A stretch of 64,000 nt of DNA. Source: a virus. Each line of letters begins with the position of its first letter. The first letter of the stretch is position 1. Below, in pieces: positions 35,048-44,915 of this stretch. Made by a program: the position numbers and the translations under genes. Below the pieces are notes generated by a model. It saw nothing but the letters and a program-made list of their open reading frames with translations, had not been told where the DNA came from and ran no database searches. The stretch lies in IMG/VR virus record IMGVR_UViG_3300020183_000008, positions 1 through 64,000 of that record; one strand, 5' to 3'.

Positions 35048-36894
35048 TTATACCTCTTATTGTAAAACACCGAATAAGGGCTTGAATTTTTACGCCGCAA
35101 ATTTCTTTTAGGATCGATATAACTCGTACCAAATGTTTGTTTACGGATTGTCTGAGATGCATTCGCTGAATCATACACGGCTGTCGAAGAAATATCCATA
35201 GACCCTTTCTGAACAGCCCATTGCGTAGCACACCACAACGCACGAACGAAACTATCAGATCGGTCATCGTGTTTACCCTCGATTTCAGGTGCAGCTACTA
35301 GAGTTATGTATTTTGATATGTACTCACTCTGAAGGTCAAGCACCTCAGAGATAAATTCACCGTTTTTATCTGATGTAGCCCCTTCATCAAATAACCTTAA
35401 TTTACCATCGATAACCTGTAACATGAAGTTGTTGTAAAGCTCTGAATTGATCCGACGGTCAAAATACATCATTTCGAATTGATTTAGACCTTTTTTATCA
35501 AGAGCCTGTTTTAAGGGCACCCCGTTATACTGGTCAAAAAGACCTTTTTGTATTGAAAACTCTCGACAGATGGATTCGATACGCTCGGAAATCATATCAA
35601 AATCAAGAAATTCCATGCCCGCGTAAGAACCTTTTCCTGCTTGCATGACTTCTTGATAATCCATTTCATATTTTGGAACGATCACTTCATCTATAAGATT
35701 ACCATTTAAATCAAAGACAGGCTCCTTGAAATGCTCGATATGTACCACTGAAAAAGCGGTCATGTCTTTTTTCAAACCGATGTCGACACCCATAAAGTGC
35801 AAGGTTCTTGGAGTACCCCGCATCTTAGGTTTCAAATCAGGCTCCACGCACCGCAAAAGTTGCTCCCTTGGCATCCAAGATTTCACGGTGTCTGAAAATT
35901 TAGCACCGATTTCACACCAATAGACATCAGGGTTTCTGCGGTACCGCTCTCTTAATTCTGATGAATCGATGTCGGGGTACATCTCCCAAGTAGGGACTTG
36001 AAACATGAGAATTTTTTCTGAACCAAAAGACTGGTTGTATAGCTCCCAGAGTTTCCCTTGTTTATTGAGAGGGGATGAAAGATTTAAAATCTTAGCATCT
36101 TTACCAAATGAAAGCGTCGATGGTGTCACGGCATCGTAGATCACTGTATCAGATGTATTCGCTGAACTATCCACGAAGTGCGCTTGCTCATCCATGATTA
36201 CCACCATGTTTGACATACCGCGCAAACCACGAGCAGAACACGGAGCGGCTTGAATGATTATTGAAGATGATTTGCTGTTTTGAGATTCAAGGTCTCTCAA
36301 GGTGCGCAAAGTCATGTATTGAAGAGTTGGAGGATTTTTGTACCGAGTAAAATAAGCACTGTGATCGATGTAGGCTGCGATATCGTTAAAAAGAAGTTGA
36401 GCTTGGTCTGTCGAGGTCGCTACGGTACTGATGTAAATTTCAGCATCATCAGTGATTCCATAGTGTTTTTGCGGGTGAGGCTTTTTGATTAACTTGTATG
36501 CTTCATAGGCAGAAACGATTGCACCAAGTTTGCTCTTTCCCGATCGTCTCCCACACACCAAAACTAATTCGTTTCTTCCAACAGAAAATACTTGTTCTCG
36601 AAGATTTGTACGACCTTCATTCCACAAATAGGAAAGGTATCCCTTCTCTGTAAAACGATACATCTCCTGTTCATTCAAATGATCTCGCACGATGATTATT
36701 TTTTCTTTATCATCGAGAGGTATGTTATCAAAGCATTTCAGAATTATCTTTTGAACAGGACGCAGGCAGGTGTTACCTGTCGTTTTATTCATGTTCAAAC
36801 CCCAAGGTGCTTCACAAAAAGTGATGATATCTACAGGTGGGGTATCCTGAGTGTTTTCTTTGCTAACTTGACCTACGATCTCTGAGAGATTCAT
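35044..36894 (-). CDS. terL: Terminase large subunit
   Basis: Walker A CGRRSGKS, Walker B VVIMDEQAHF, LSSP motif III, nuclease GVDIG...D, FDQYN, HDDRSD. Confidence 0.92.
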   Translation of the reverse strand: MNLSEIVGQVSKENTQDTPPVDIITFCEAPWGLNMNKTTGNTCLRPVQKIILKCFDNIPLDDKEKIIIVRDHLNEQEMYRFTEKGYLSYLWNEGRTNLREQVFSVGRNELVLVCGRRSGKSKLGAIVSAYEAYKLIKKPHPQKHYGITDDAEIYISTVATSTDQAQLLFNDIAAYIDHSAYFTRYKNPPTLQYMTLRTLRDLESQNSKSSSIIIQAAPCSARGLRGMSNMVVIMDEQAHFVDSSANTSDTVIYDAVTPSTLSFGKDAKILNLSSPLNKQGKLWELYNQSFGSEKILMFQVPTWEMYPDIDSSELRERYRRNPDVYWCEIGAKFSDTVKSWMPREQLLRCVEPDLKPKMRGTPRTLHFMGVDIGLKKDMTAFSVVHIEHFKEPVFDLNGNLIDEVIVPKYEMDYQEVMQAGKGSYAGMEFLDFDMISERIESICREFSIQKGLFDQYNGVPLKQALDKKGLNQFEMMYFDRRINSELYNNFMLQVIDGKLRLFDEGATSDKNGEFISEVLDLQSEYISKYITLVAAPEIEGKHDDRSDSFVRALWCATQWAVQKGSMDISSTAVYDSANASQTIRKQTFGTSYIDPKRNLRRKNSSPYSVFYNKRYK

Positions 36895-37598
36895 TAGTCC
36901 GCCTCAATTTTATCAGCGATTTCCGTGGCTCTATCTTCGAAATTTACCAAATTTTTCTGTAATTTCATGAAAAAAAGTTCTTTTTGCTCGTCACTCACAC
37001 CTTCAACCTGAGCCAAAGAATCTCGGACAAGACCGATTAGAAACTTAAAAACAGCTTGCATTTTTTTACCCTTGAGGTTCAAAACCTCATTCTGAGCAAG
37101 CTCGCGTTTAGTGACAATAAGATCCGCAATACTTTTTAAAACTATTGATCTCTGTTTTGCAATTTTTACAGTGTCAGCGGTTTTACCCTCATTGAAGGTT
37201 CTATCGAATTTCATACTCGCTGTTTCTTCAGCTATTTCTTCAATAAGTTTGTCAAGAAGTTCAAAAGAATTGGAACCTCTTCTGACAATCTTCAAAAGAT
37301 TGTCATCAGCAATATAGTCTCTCTTTTGTTGTCGAATTTCATCAACAATTTCTGGAGGGGGAGCCGGTACGATCTCTTGAGGTTGAGAATTTAACTGAGT
37401 TTGAGATGATTTGAATTTACTTGGAACAGATTCGATTTTTATCGAAGTGGCTAAACCTTGATTGACAGTTTGCTGCCGCTTCAATTCTTGCTGAATAATT
37501 TCTTCAGCCCGAGATTTTAAATCAGCGATATCTTCACCTGACTCAATCTCGAACTCAGGATAATTTGGATCAATTTCAGGTTTTTTATTATCGGGCAT
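36894..37598 (-). CDS. Hypothetical helical protein, candidate terminase small subunit
   Basis: Immediately upstream of TerL and translationally coupled to it. Confidence 0.5.
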   Translation of the reverse strand: MPDNKKPEIDPNYPEFEIESGEDIADLKSRAEEIIQQELKRQQTVNQGLATSIKIESVPSKFKSSQTQLNSQPQEIVPAPPPEIVDEIRQQKRDYIADDNLLKIVRRGSNSFELLDKLIEEIAEETASMKFDRTFNEGKTADTVKIAKQRSIVLKSIADLIVTKRELAQNEVLNLKGKKMQAVFKFLIGLVRDSLAQVEGVSDEQKELFFMKLQKNLVNFEDRATEIADKIEAD

Positions 37599-37628
37599 AA
37601 AAATTCCTTTTAAAATGCCCGATCAGGT

Positions 37629-39278
37629 TCAGATGTATTTAGAAATACTATCGTCTAGCCCACTTTCCTCAAGCTCAACTTCAAGATTTTTGTCTACGGT
37701 TACCGCGACCTTATTATTGGTCACTTTAATTTCTGAAACCGTAGATGTGGAAGCCGATTTATTCGCATACACCGTGAAAGACCGATCAAGCCTTGTGCAA
37801 AGCACACCTTTATTATAGGGGCAGGATGAACATTCTTTTTTTGCTGCAATCTTCGCGTGTGTATTGATTTTATGGGGAGACTGGCACGGAGTATCAAACA
37901 AAGTTGCCTGAACAACAGATGTTGTTTCAAAATACGATTTAACAATCTGAGAGATTGTGGTGGAACTCACCCTCTCGTTATGCTTCAGGATAGAAGTCAA
38001 AGGGTGACCCATGCGTAATTGAGTTTCTATCTGATCTTTATTACGAACAGACTCCGATGCTAATTTAGGGTCAAAACCATCTAGGTCGAAATCAGATTCC
38101 ATTTCAAATTTATTTTCATGCAGAGCTTTTTTACTTTGATTAACATCAAGAAAAGCCTTTTTGGTTACCCCGACAGGATTCGAAGATAATTCTTTAGAGT
38201 CGTATTTTTTACCAGCTCTTTTTAGGTTTTTTTCCCATTCCGATACAGGAATTTGTGATAAATTTGAAATTATTTTTTTACCCAAAGTTTTTTCATCGAT
38301 CGGAGTATATTTTTTTCGAGAATCAGCAAGAACATATTTAACATTAGGGTTATGTTTAGCAAAAAACTTTCGTGCATCTTCGATGTTTGTAAAAGGTTCC
38401 ATCTCTACAAACACGCGACCGATACTTCCGACAAGATCTGCATATTTTCTAATTACACTGCTATAACTTTCAATCGATGACCCGTAACGCGATGTGACGT
38501 ACTCTTTGAAAAGAGAGGGCTCCATCCCCGCGCTAAGTCTTTTCGAAAGATCAGCAGCGATATCTCGCGCTTCTTTCGAAACAGTAGATTCAGATGTTTT
38601 ACTCTTTAAAACCACTCTCTTGGATTCATCATGGTAAACTACAGAGTTGGCTTGAGCTTTTTTGGATGAAACTGACAAAAATGCGTTTTGTAATTCAACC
38701 TTCGATGAAATCTCATACCCTGATGCAATTTTTCCTGAGGAAACAAGGTGTTGCTTGTAATGAGTTAAAGTTTTTTGATCAAAATTTACTTCAGATACGA
38801 GAGCCTTTTTATAAAGGCGACAGAACCCACCTTGATTCTGAGAACAACCTCCACAAGACGCCATCTTTTTAGCGAATGTCGCAACACGGTTGTTTCTGAG
38901 TAACTTAGAACCATCTTCGCATGAAGAAAAAGCGGCTGGATCAATGTAAACATTTCCCAACAACCCTTCCTCAGAAGATAATTTCTTTATCTCCCTTTCA
39001 GCCACAGCACGAATCTCAGGTGAAACATTTGCGAAGACTGTACGCTCAATATGTTCCATCGAACGACCTAACATCAGTTCACGCTTGGCGTTAGCGATGA
39101 TCGAAGTTACCTCTTCAAAGTTAGCTTTTCTTTTTTTCGGTGGTTCAAAGGAGAACGCATCTGCGAGAGCATCAAGCTGTTCATGAGATTGATTTTTTGA
39201 GAAAGGGGCGTTTTGTTTATCGTTAGCCTCAAGCCACTCGTGGTCTACCAAAAAGGAATCGATATTTTTATTGGACAT
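37629..39278 (-). CDS. Hypothetical protein with internal repeats and two Cys clusters
   Basis: GLLGNVYIDPAAF / GSIGRVFVEMEPF; CGGCSQNQGGFC / CSSCPYNKGVLC. Confidence 0.7.
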   Translation of the reverse strand: MSNKNIDSFLVDHEWLEANDKQNAPFSKNQSHEQLDALADAFSFEPPKKRKANFEEVTSIIANAKRELMLGRSMEHIERTVFANVSPEIRAVAEREIKKLSSEEGLLGNVYIDPAAFSSCEDGSKLLRNNRVATFAKKMASCGGCSQNQGGFCRLYKKALVSEVNFDQKTLTHYKQHLVSSGKIASGYEISSKVELQNAFLSVSSKKAQANSVVYHDESKRVVLKSKTSESTVSKEARDIAADLSKRLSAGMEPSLFKEYVTSRYGSSIESYSSVIRKYADLVGSIGRVFVEMEPFTNIEDARKFFAKHNPNVKYVLADSRKKYTPIDEKTLGKKIISNLSQIPVSEWEKNLKRAGKKYDSKELSSNPVGVTKKAFLDVNQSKKALHENKFEMESDFDLDGFDPKLASESVRNKDQIETQLRMGHPLTSILKHNERVSSTTISQIVKSYFETTSVVQATLFDTPCQSPHKINTHAKIAAKKECSSCPYNKGVLCTRLDRSFTVYANKSASTSTVSEIKVTNNKVAVTVDKNLEVELEESGLDDSISKYI

Positions 39279-39283
39279 GATTA

Positions 39284-40072
39284 TTAGATAACCTCATTTT
39301 TGAACAGTCTGCTGATGACTATGTTACCATCTTCATCAGTTTCCATAGCCCACAAGTCACGCTCACTCTTATGAATGAGAACATTCTCACTGATCTTAGT
39401 AAAATTATGTAAATCAGCGACTTTTATTTTAGTTCTTTCACCTGATGCATTTTTCAAATAAACATCAACAGAGTCATCGGTTCCCCAAATGAAGTTATCA
39501 AAAAAACTCATGCGTAATCTCTCCTTTGTAGGACCATCTGTTGGATTCAATAAAGACCCGTTAGCCCATTCCGGATTTTCCGCATCCGGTTCAACTGGAA
39601 CACTAAATGGTTCCTTTATAGATGCAGGTAAATCAGTAGAATCTCCCGATAGGGATTCCAAGCTACTCGGCATAAAACCGAAACTTTCGAAACTAGGGTG
39701 CTGAGTTGTCTCGGCATCTTGATAATAGAACAAATTTCTATGCGGGTAAGCAACCTCAGCAAAACGCAAAGCTACCTTATCAGCAATATCCGAGAAATAA
39801 ATTTCATTCGGGAACGGTCTCATCGAATCTGAAAATTGACGAGACCATTCTTTTAGCGCGTGCCACATTAAATGTTTTTGTTTTATATCATCAGTACGGT
39901 CGTACAGTTTCCGAACGAAAGAGGGGTGTAGTTGCCTATACGGATTATCTACACGCTCTCCTGGAAGTTGGGAACGTGTATTTTCTTTAGATAAATCAAC
40001 AGGTGCCTTGTTTGGGCACGATGGATCTGTATCCGATTTTTTACGCATCAGAGACTCCTCAAATACACTCAT
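39284..40072 (-). CDS. Hypothetical protein
   Basis: 262-aa ORF in the operon. Confidence 0.65.
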   Translation of the reverse strand: MSVFEESLMRKKSDTDPSCPNKAPVDLSKENTRSQLPGERVDNPYRQLHPSFVRKLYDRTDDIKQKHLMWHALKEWSRQFSDSMRPFPNEIYFSDIADKVALRFAEVAYPHRNLFYYQDAETTQHPSFESFGFMPSSLESLSGDSTDLPASIKEPFSVPVEPDAENPEWANGSLLNPTDGPTKERLRMSFFDNFIWGTDDSVDVYLKNASGERTKIKVADLHNFTKISENVLIHKSERDLWAMETDEDGNIVISRLFKNEVI

Positions 40073-40075
40073 TAT

Positions 40076-40699
40076 TTATTTTTTATTGGAGTTAGGAATT
40101 CTGATGTCAACGTAATCTCTATTCTTATGTTCCCATTTCGGTAGAGATATCTCATGCAATATATTAAAATTATTAGAAATTTTTGTGAAAGCATCAAAAT
40201 ATCTATCAAGATCAGAATTTAATTTACATTTATCTTCTAAAATTTTCAGACATTTCATAAAACGGTGACGCACACGAGATTGGGTCATTCCGACGATACC
40301 TGCAACCTGTGACTGACAAGTCGTCCGATATAATTCCCACATAATAACAAGATCAACTTCCTCTTCAATCACTCCAGTGAGTTCCTCAAACATTTCGTTT
40401 CGAGTGAATTTTGGAATAGAAATCAAAAATTTAAGTCGTTCTCTTGCCCGAGCAATACGATGCGATACTCCACCCTGAGACAAATTGAGAATTTTAGCGA
40501 TCTCTTTTTGGTCTTTTTTAAGAATGTGGTACATCAAGATTAGATCAGCCTCTTTTTTTGGCAACATAGCCAAATAAGGCTTCAAATCATCGAGAGAGTA
40601 TTTCGAAGGTCCGAAAAAAGGGATTCGGTCTTCCGTTGAAAATCGCGACTCTAACTCAGTAGAGTCGATGCTTTGAACAAAGATAGAACCCCCCATCAC
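40076..40699 (-). CDS. Sigma70 region-4-like HTH protein
   Basis: LPKKEADLILM...QKEIAKILNLSQGGVSHRIARARERLK; second HTH QSQVAGIVGMTQSRVRHR. Confidence 0.75.
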   Translation of the reverse strand: MMGGSIFVQSIDSTELESRFSTEDRIPFFGPSKYSLDDLKPYLAMLPKKEADLILMYHILKKDQKEIAKILNLSQGGVSHRIARARERLKFLISIPKFTRNEMFEELTGVIEEEVDLVIMWELYRTTCQSQVAGIVGMTQSRVRHRFMKCLKILEDKCKLNSDLDRYFDAFTKISNNFNILHEISLPKWEHKNRDYVDIRIPNSNKK

Positions 40700-40705
40700 A
40701 TCACC

Positions 40706-41362
40706 TCAAAAAAACGTCACAACGTCACTCTCATCGTCCTCCACTACGGTGACTGATAGGAATGAAGCAGATACGGTAATATTTCTGGACTTTAAGCTAG
40801 TAACATCGATTATGCACAAATTATCTTTTTTTACTACCTTAACGACCTTGCCTATTAAATTTTTGTAGAGACCATCAAGAATTCTTACCGTATCACCTAC
40901 TTTTACAAGGCTCGCATCTTTTGCAATTTTATTAAATTGGTCAAAAAGATTCTTGATCTGATCTTCAGGTACAATCTGAACGGCTTGCGTTGAAGGGTCA
41001 CAAACGACACCCTCAAAAAACTTACTGTCCTTTAATTTATAGTAGGGTAAACCAACTCTATGTTTAATAAAAAAATAACCGCTTAACAAAACGATATTCC
41101 GCTCAAAGAATTCTTCATCTTGGTAATGAATAGGAATAAAAACATCTACATCGGATTTACCTAAATTTTTAATCACAAGCTCTTTGAGCATACCGATGTT
41201 ACGTTCAGTTTCACCCCTTTGGGTGAGTTCCAAAGCAACCCAGCCTTCTTTGTAAACTTCAGGGGATCTTACTTTCTTGACCTTTTTGCTATGAGGGTTT
41301 TTTCTCACAGCTTTTAGTGGCTTTTTTGTTGCTTTAAATTTTTCGGATGTTTTATTCGCCAT
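40706..41362 (-). CDS. nusG: NusG-family transcription factor (NGN + KOW)
   Basis: WVAL...VFIP...LLSGYFFI (NGN); VKVGDTVRILDGLYKNLIGKV (KOW). Confidence 0.85.
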   Translation of the reverse strand: MANKTSEKFKATKKPLKAVRKNPHSKKVKKVRSPEVYKEGWVALELTQRGETERNIGMLKELVIKNLGKSDVDVFIPIHYQDEEFFERNIVLLSGYFFIKHRVGLPYYKLKDSKFFEGVVCDPSTQAVQIVPEDQIKNLFDQFNKIAKDASLVKVGDTVRILDGLYKNLIGKVVKVVKKDNLCIIDVTSLKSRNITVSASFLSVTVVEDDESDVVTFF

Positions 41363-41389
41363 ATAGCCTAATTATAGGCGAATAGAAAT

Positions 41390-42811
41390 TTAACGATTTT
41401 TATCCTTGAGATATCGTTCAGCGGTGTCAAAAGACACAGGCTCCGAAAGAGGGTCGGAAGACTTCTGTTTCTTAGGCTTTACATTATTTTCTGTCGGTGC
41501 ATCTTTCTTCTTTCGAAGCAATTTATAGTTGTCATGATTTCTCAAATCTATGTTTGATTCGTGTTTAACTTGTACATCATCCGAACCTTCGTAATGGAAA
41601 CCTGATTTAGTCACTTTTTCTTTTGGTGGAGGTCTAATTTCAGGTGAAGAGTCGTTAATCGATGATCCGTTTAATACAATAGACTCAATCGTAGGCACTT
41701 CAATTTTGTCAAAAAGCGCATCTTCTGATATGTGAAAAGTTTCATGATGAATCTTTACCGGATTTATTTCAAAAGACAAACCGTTCACTAAACGAGATGC
41801 TTCAAGAATAAGATGTTTTAAGTAAATACCATCGACAGGTTTTTCAATTCGAAGCAAAAGATGGGAGATTGCCAAAAAATCTTTCCCAGAATGAGCCACT
41901 CTCTCCATATCTTCTGAAAATATAAAAGACTCTGAGTTTCTAGCTTTAATTCGGATAGCTTCTAAATCCAACAAAGTATTTAAAACTTTGTCGAATAACG
42001 ATGTGCTATCCATTTTTGAAACCAAACCATCCAAAATGCTAATCACCTTTGCAGGTTCATTTAAAGAGTCGATCAAAGTCAAAATATCTTTAACTTCAGA
42101 TAGATGGAAATAAATTTCGACATCTTCTTTATTGATATTTCTATTGAAGCTAAGGAATTCCATCACGTTCAAAGCATCGCGAATATGAGGAGCGGTAATC
42201 TGCGCTATCAAATGTAACGCATCCTCATCAGCGGTTAGATTTTCTGTCTCAGCTATCTTCTTTAAATGGTTTTTCAACTGATCAGCTCTGACGGGTGTAC
42301 TGTGGATTCTCCAACACCGACTTCGCACCGTTTCAAGCATTTTTTCAGGCTCGTTGGTGCAAAAAATAAAAACGTGGTGAGCTACACCCTCTTCAAGAAT
42401 TTTCAATAAAGCGTTGTAGCCTTGTTTTGTGATATTATGAGCTTCATCAATGTTAGTTACTTTGTAACGTGAGCCTACAGCTTGATAACTCACCTGCTCG
42501 CGAAGAGTTCGTATAGAATCAACATCGCCATTACTAGCTGCATCAATTTCTTGATAGTTGATGTTCTGGTCTTTTTCAAAATCAACGCAAGATGAGCATA
42601 CCCCACAAGGCTCTTGATCTTGTGTCCTATTTTTACAAAGCATCGCTTTAGCAAAAACACGGCTCGCTGAGGTCTTCCCTGAACCAAAAGAACCAGTGAA
42701 AATCAAAGGTACAACGGCACCCCTTTTTAGAATTTCTTTCAAAATGACTATGTTTGATTCTTGCCCAATCAAGTCTTTGAATGTACGGGGGCGGTATTTC
42801 TTCGAAAACAT
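41390..42811 (-). CDS. dnaX: DNA polymerase III gamma/tau-like clamp loader subunit
   Basis: KYRPRTFKDLIGQ, GSFGSGKTS, C...PCGVCSSC, EIDAASN, IDEAH, NALLKILEE, SRC. Confidence 0.93.
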   Translation of the reverse strand: MFSKKYRPRTFKDLIGQESNIVILKEILKRGAVVPLIFTGSFGSGKTSASRVFAKAMLCKNRTQDQEPCGVCSSCVDFEKDQNINYQEIDAASNGDVDSIRTLREQVSYQAVGSRYKVTNIDEAHNITKQGYNALLKILEEGVAHHVFIFCTNEPEKMLETVRSRCWRIHSTPVRADQLKNHLKKIAETENLTADEDALHLIAQITAPHIRDALNVMEFLSFNRNINKEDVEIYFHLSEVKDILTLIDSLNEPAKVISILDGLVSKMDSTSLFDKVLNTLLDLEAIRIKARNSESFIFSEDMERVAHSGKDFLAISHLLLRIEKPVDGIYLKHLILEASRLVNGLSFEINPVKIHHETFHISEDALFDKIEVPTIESIVLNGSSINDSSPEIRPPPKEKVTKSGFHYEGSDDVQVKHESNIDLRNHDNYKLLRKKKDAPTENNVKPKKQKSSDPLSEPVSFDTAERYLKDKNR

Positions 42812-43887
42812 TATGCTCCAAACACTGTCGTCACAAAGTGTAGGTTATCTTTCTTGTAAACGAAAATCTTACCCTCAGTTTTAAATTCCACAGAGTCTTC
42901 GGTGTCAAGAGAACCGAGGAGTTCAAGAATGAATTTAAAATTCAAAGAGATGTTAAAATTTTCAGGTGATTCACTTTTAACACTGACTCTGCTCCGACCC
43001 GTTTGTTCATTGTAGGCTGTGATTTCCGTTGAATCCGTAAAAATCGAAAACTTCGCCACCGAGTTTTGTTTGTCCGTTGATTTGATCATCTTCAGGGCTC
43101 TCAAAAGCTCAGCCCTCGGAAAATTGACTGATCTTGTCGCAGAGGCAGAAAACGCTGAATCAGGATTCATAAACGGGATATCTGAAAGAGGGGTTCTTAC
43201 CTCATAATTTTCGAAGCAAGCGATCAAGGTGTTTTTCTCAATCGAAAAACCTAGCATCTTCTCAGAAGCCATCATTTTTGCCAAAAAGCAAGGCACAACA
43301 ATTTTTTTACTGATTTTATCTACGCTTTCAAATCCCAACTCAATTTTTGAAGCTCGGTTAGGCTGGATGGCTTTAAAAGTAATCAACTTTTTTTCAGGAT
43401 CGGATGATGAAAGATCAACCGACAAGCCTAACATTTTCGGTTTACTAGGGTCATCACTCATCGTGTGCAAAATCTTCGGTATTTCTTTTGATGAATTAAA
43501 AAGAAACTTGATTTGAGGTGTGGTGGGAGAAATTACATCGATGTCGATGTCCGATGTTTTGATTTCTAACTGAACCTTATTCGATGATACCTTTAGAAGG
43601 TTATCTTCCAAACACATAGAAACTTCACCATTCAGATAATCAAGCGCCCCTAACAATTTTTCAGCCACTATTGTTACAGAACCTTCTTTATCCACTTGGA
43701 AATCGGAGTCTTCTTGTTTGGTATATGTCCAACGGTAATCTGTTTCTCCGTTCGTCGTGACTAAAGAAATAGAATTTTTAGTCGCAGCCAATTTAATGAC
43801 TTTACCGTACTCAGATTTCTCGATGAGACCTTTAGAAACTTTTGCGAGTCCATCTTTGATGATTTCAAACAATACAGTGAAATTCAT
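42811..43887 (-). CDS. dnaN: Beta sliding clamp-like protein
   Basis: 358 aa, adjacent to dnaX; LVTTNGE, VDKEGSVTI, RAELLRALK, ISLNFKFILELL. Confidence 0.8.
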   Translation of the reverse strand: MNFTVLFEIIKDGLAKVSKGLIEKSEYGKVIKLAATKNSISLVTTNGETDYRWTYTKQEDSDFQVDKEGSVTIVAEKLLGALDYLNGEVSMCLEDNLLKVSSNKVQLEIKTSDIDIDVISPTTPQIKFLFNSSKEIPKILHTMSDDPSKPKMLGLSVDLSSSDPEKKLITFKAIQPNRASKIELGFESVDKISKKIVVPCFLAKMMASEKMLGFSIEKNTLIACFENYEVRTPLSDIPFMNPDSAFSASATRSVNFPRAELLRALKMIKSTDKQNSVAKFSIFTDSTEITAYNEQTGRSRVSVKSESPENFNISLNFKFILELLGSLDTEDSVEFKTEGKIFVYKKDNLHFVTTVFGA

Positions 43888-44915
43888 ACTTCGACCTCCG
43901 ATTTAATCTTTTCCTTGGCATCTTCATGAGCTTGTTCCCAAAAGTCACTTTCTTTTTTAGTGCCTCGGATTTCGCTGAATTCATCCACCAATTTTTTAAC
44001 TTTGGTGACTATTTCTTGTAAAGAATTGTACCGTTCAAACAACGCTGATTCTACATCCTCGTGTACGATCTCAGGTTTAAATTTGACTTGCTTCAGAGAC
44101 CAATTTCCACGTGAGAGGGAAACATCCGTTTTTTTTTCATTATCCCTAATCGAAAAATAAAGAGCATCTACCACACGGTCTTTATAACTTGAGAACCATG
44201 CTTCGGTTGGAAGCTCTTGGTCACTTTTAATCGTGATCGTAGAAACACCATCATAAAATTTTGCACTTTGAGCGACCCAGCCGCGCTCAGGCTCGGAAAC
44301 AGACTTGTTCAAAATCCAAGTCAATAACGCGTTTTGATAATTCTCCTTAGTACCTTTTGTCGCAGTTTCGATAGCCTCAGGTGACCAAACAGATAGCTCC
44401 GGCTCAGAAATTGACCTCACGCACTCACAAAAGTGATAAATAAACCCATCAACCTCATGAGCGTTAGTGGCTCCAAGAAACACAAGACCTTCTTGGAAAT
44501 TGAATAGAACCTCGGATACTTTTTCGATGGGTTGAGATTCAGCGTACATGCGCGAAAGAACTTCTTCTTTCGCGTACCTTTTTTCATCTTTCGTAAGTCT
44601 CTTCTTCTTTTTTCCGCTCTCTTGATTCGAAACCATTTGACGTAATTCAGATTTATACAACTTCCTGAAGAGACCTTTAGAAATCTTCTTTTTGTCATGC
44701 CTCAAACCAAAACCTAAAACACCGTTGCTATACGCAACCGAGAAATCGAAGGGATCGTTTATTTTACAGAAGCCAAAAGCCTCCATATCACCTGATCCTT
44801 TGATGTCCTTGATTCTGCCTTTGGATAAGGCGTTTTCAATCTCGACGGGCTTACATTTTTTTAAACCTTCTACTGAAATTACAGTAAAATTTGCTGCTTT
44901 TTTAATCAAACCCAT
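43884..44915 (-). CDS. RdgC-like recombination-associated protein
   Basis: FGFCKINDPF...LRHDKKKIS...KEEVLSRM pattern recalled from RdgC; replication context. Confidence 0.55.
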   Translation of the reverse strand: MGLIKKAANFTVISVEGLKKCKPVEIENALSKGRIKDIKGSGDMEAFGFCKINDPFDFSVAYSNGVLGFGLRHDKKKISKGLFRKLYKSELRQMVSNQESGKKKKRLTKDEKRYAKEEVLSRMYAESQPIEKVSEVLFNFQEGLVFLGATNAHEVDGFIYHFCECVRSISEPELSVWSPEAIETATKGTKENYQNALLTWILNKSVSEPERGWVAQSAKFYDGVSTITIKSDQELPTEAWFSSYKDRVVDALYFSIRDNEKKTDVSLSRGNWSLKQVKFKPEIVHEDVESALFERYNSLQEIVTKVKKLVDEFSEIRGTKKESDFWEQAHEDAKEKIKSEVEV

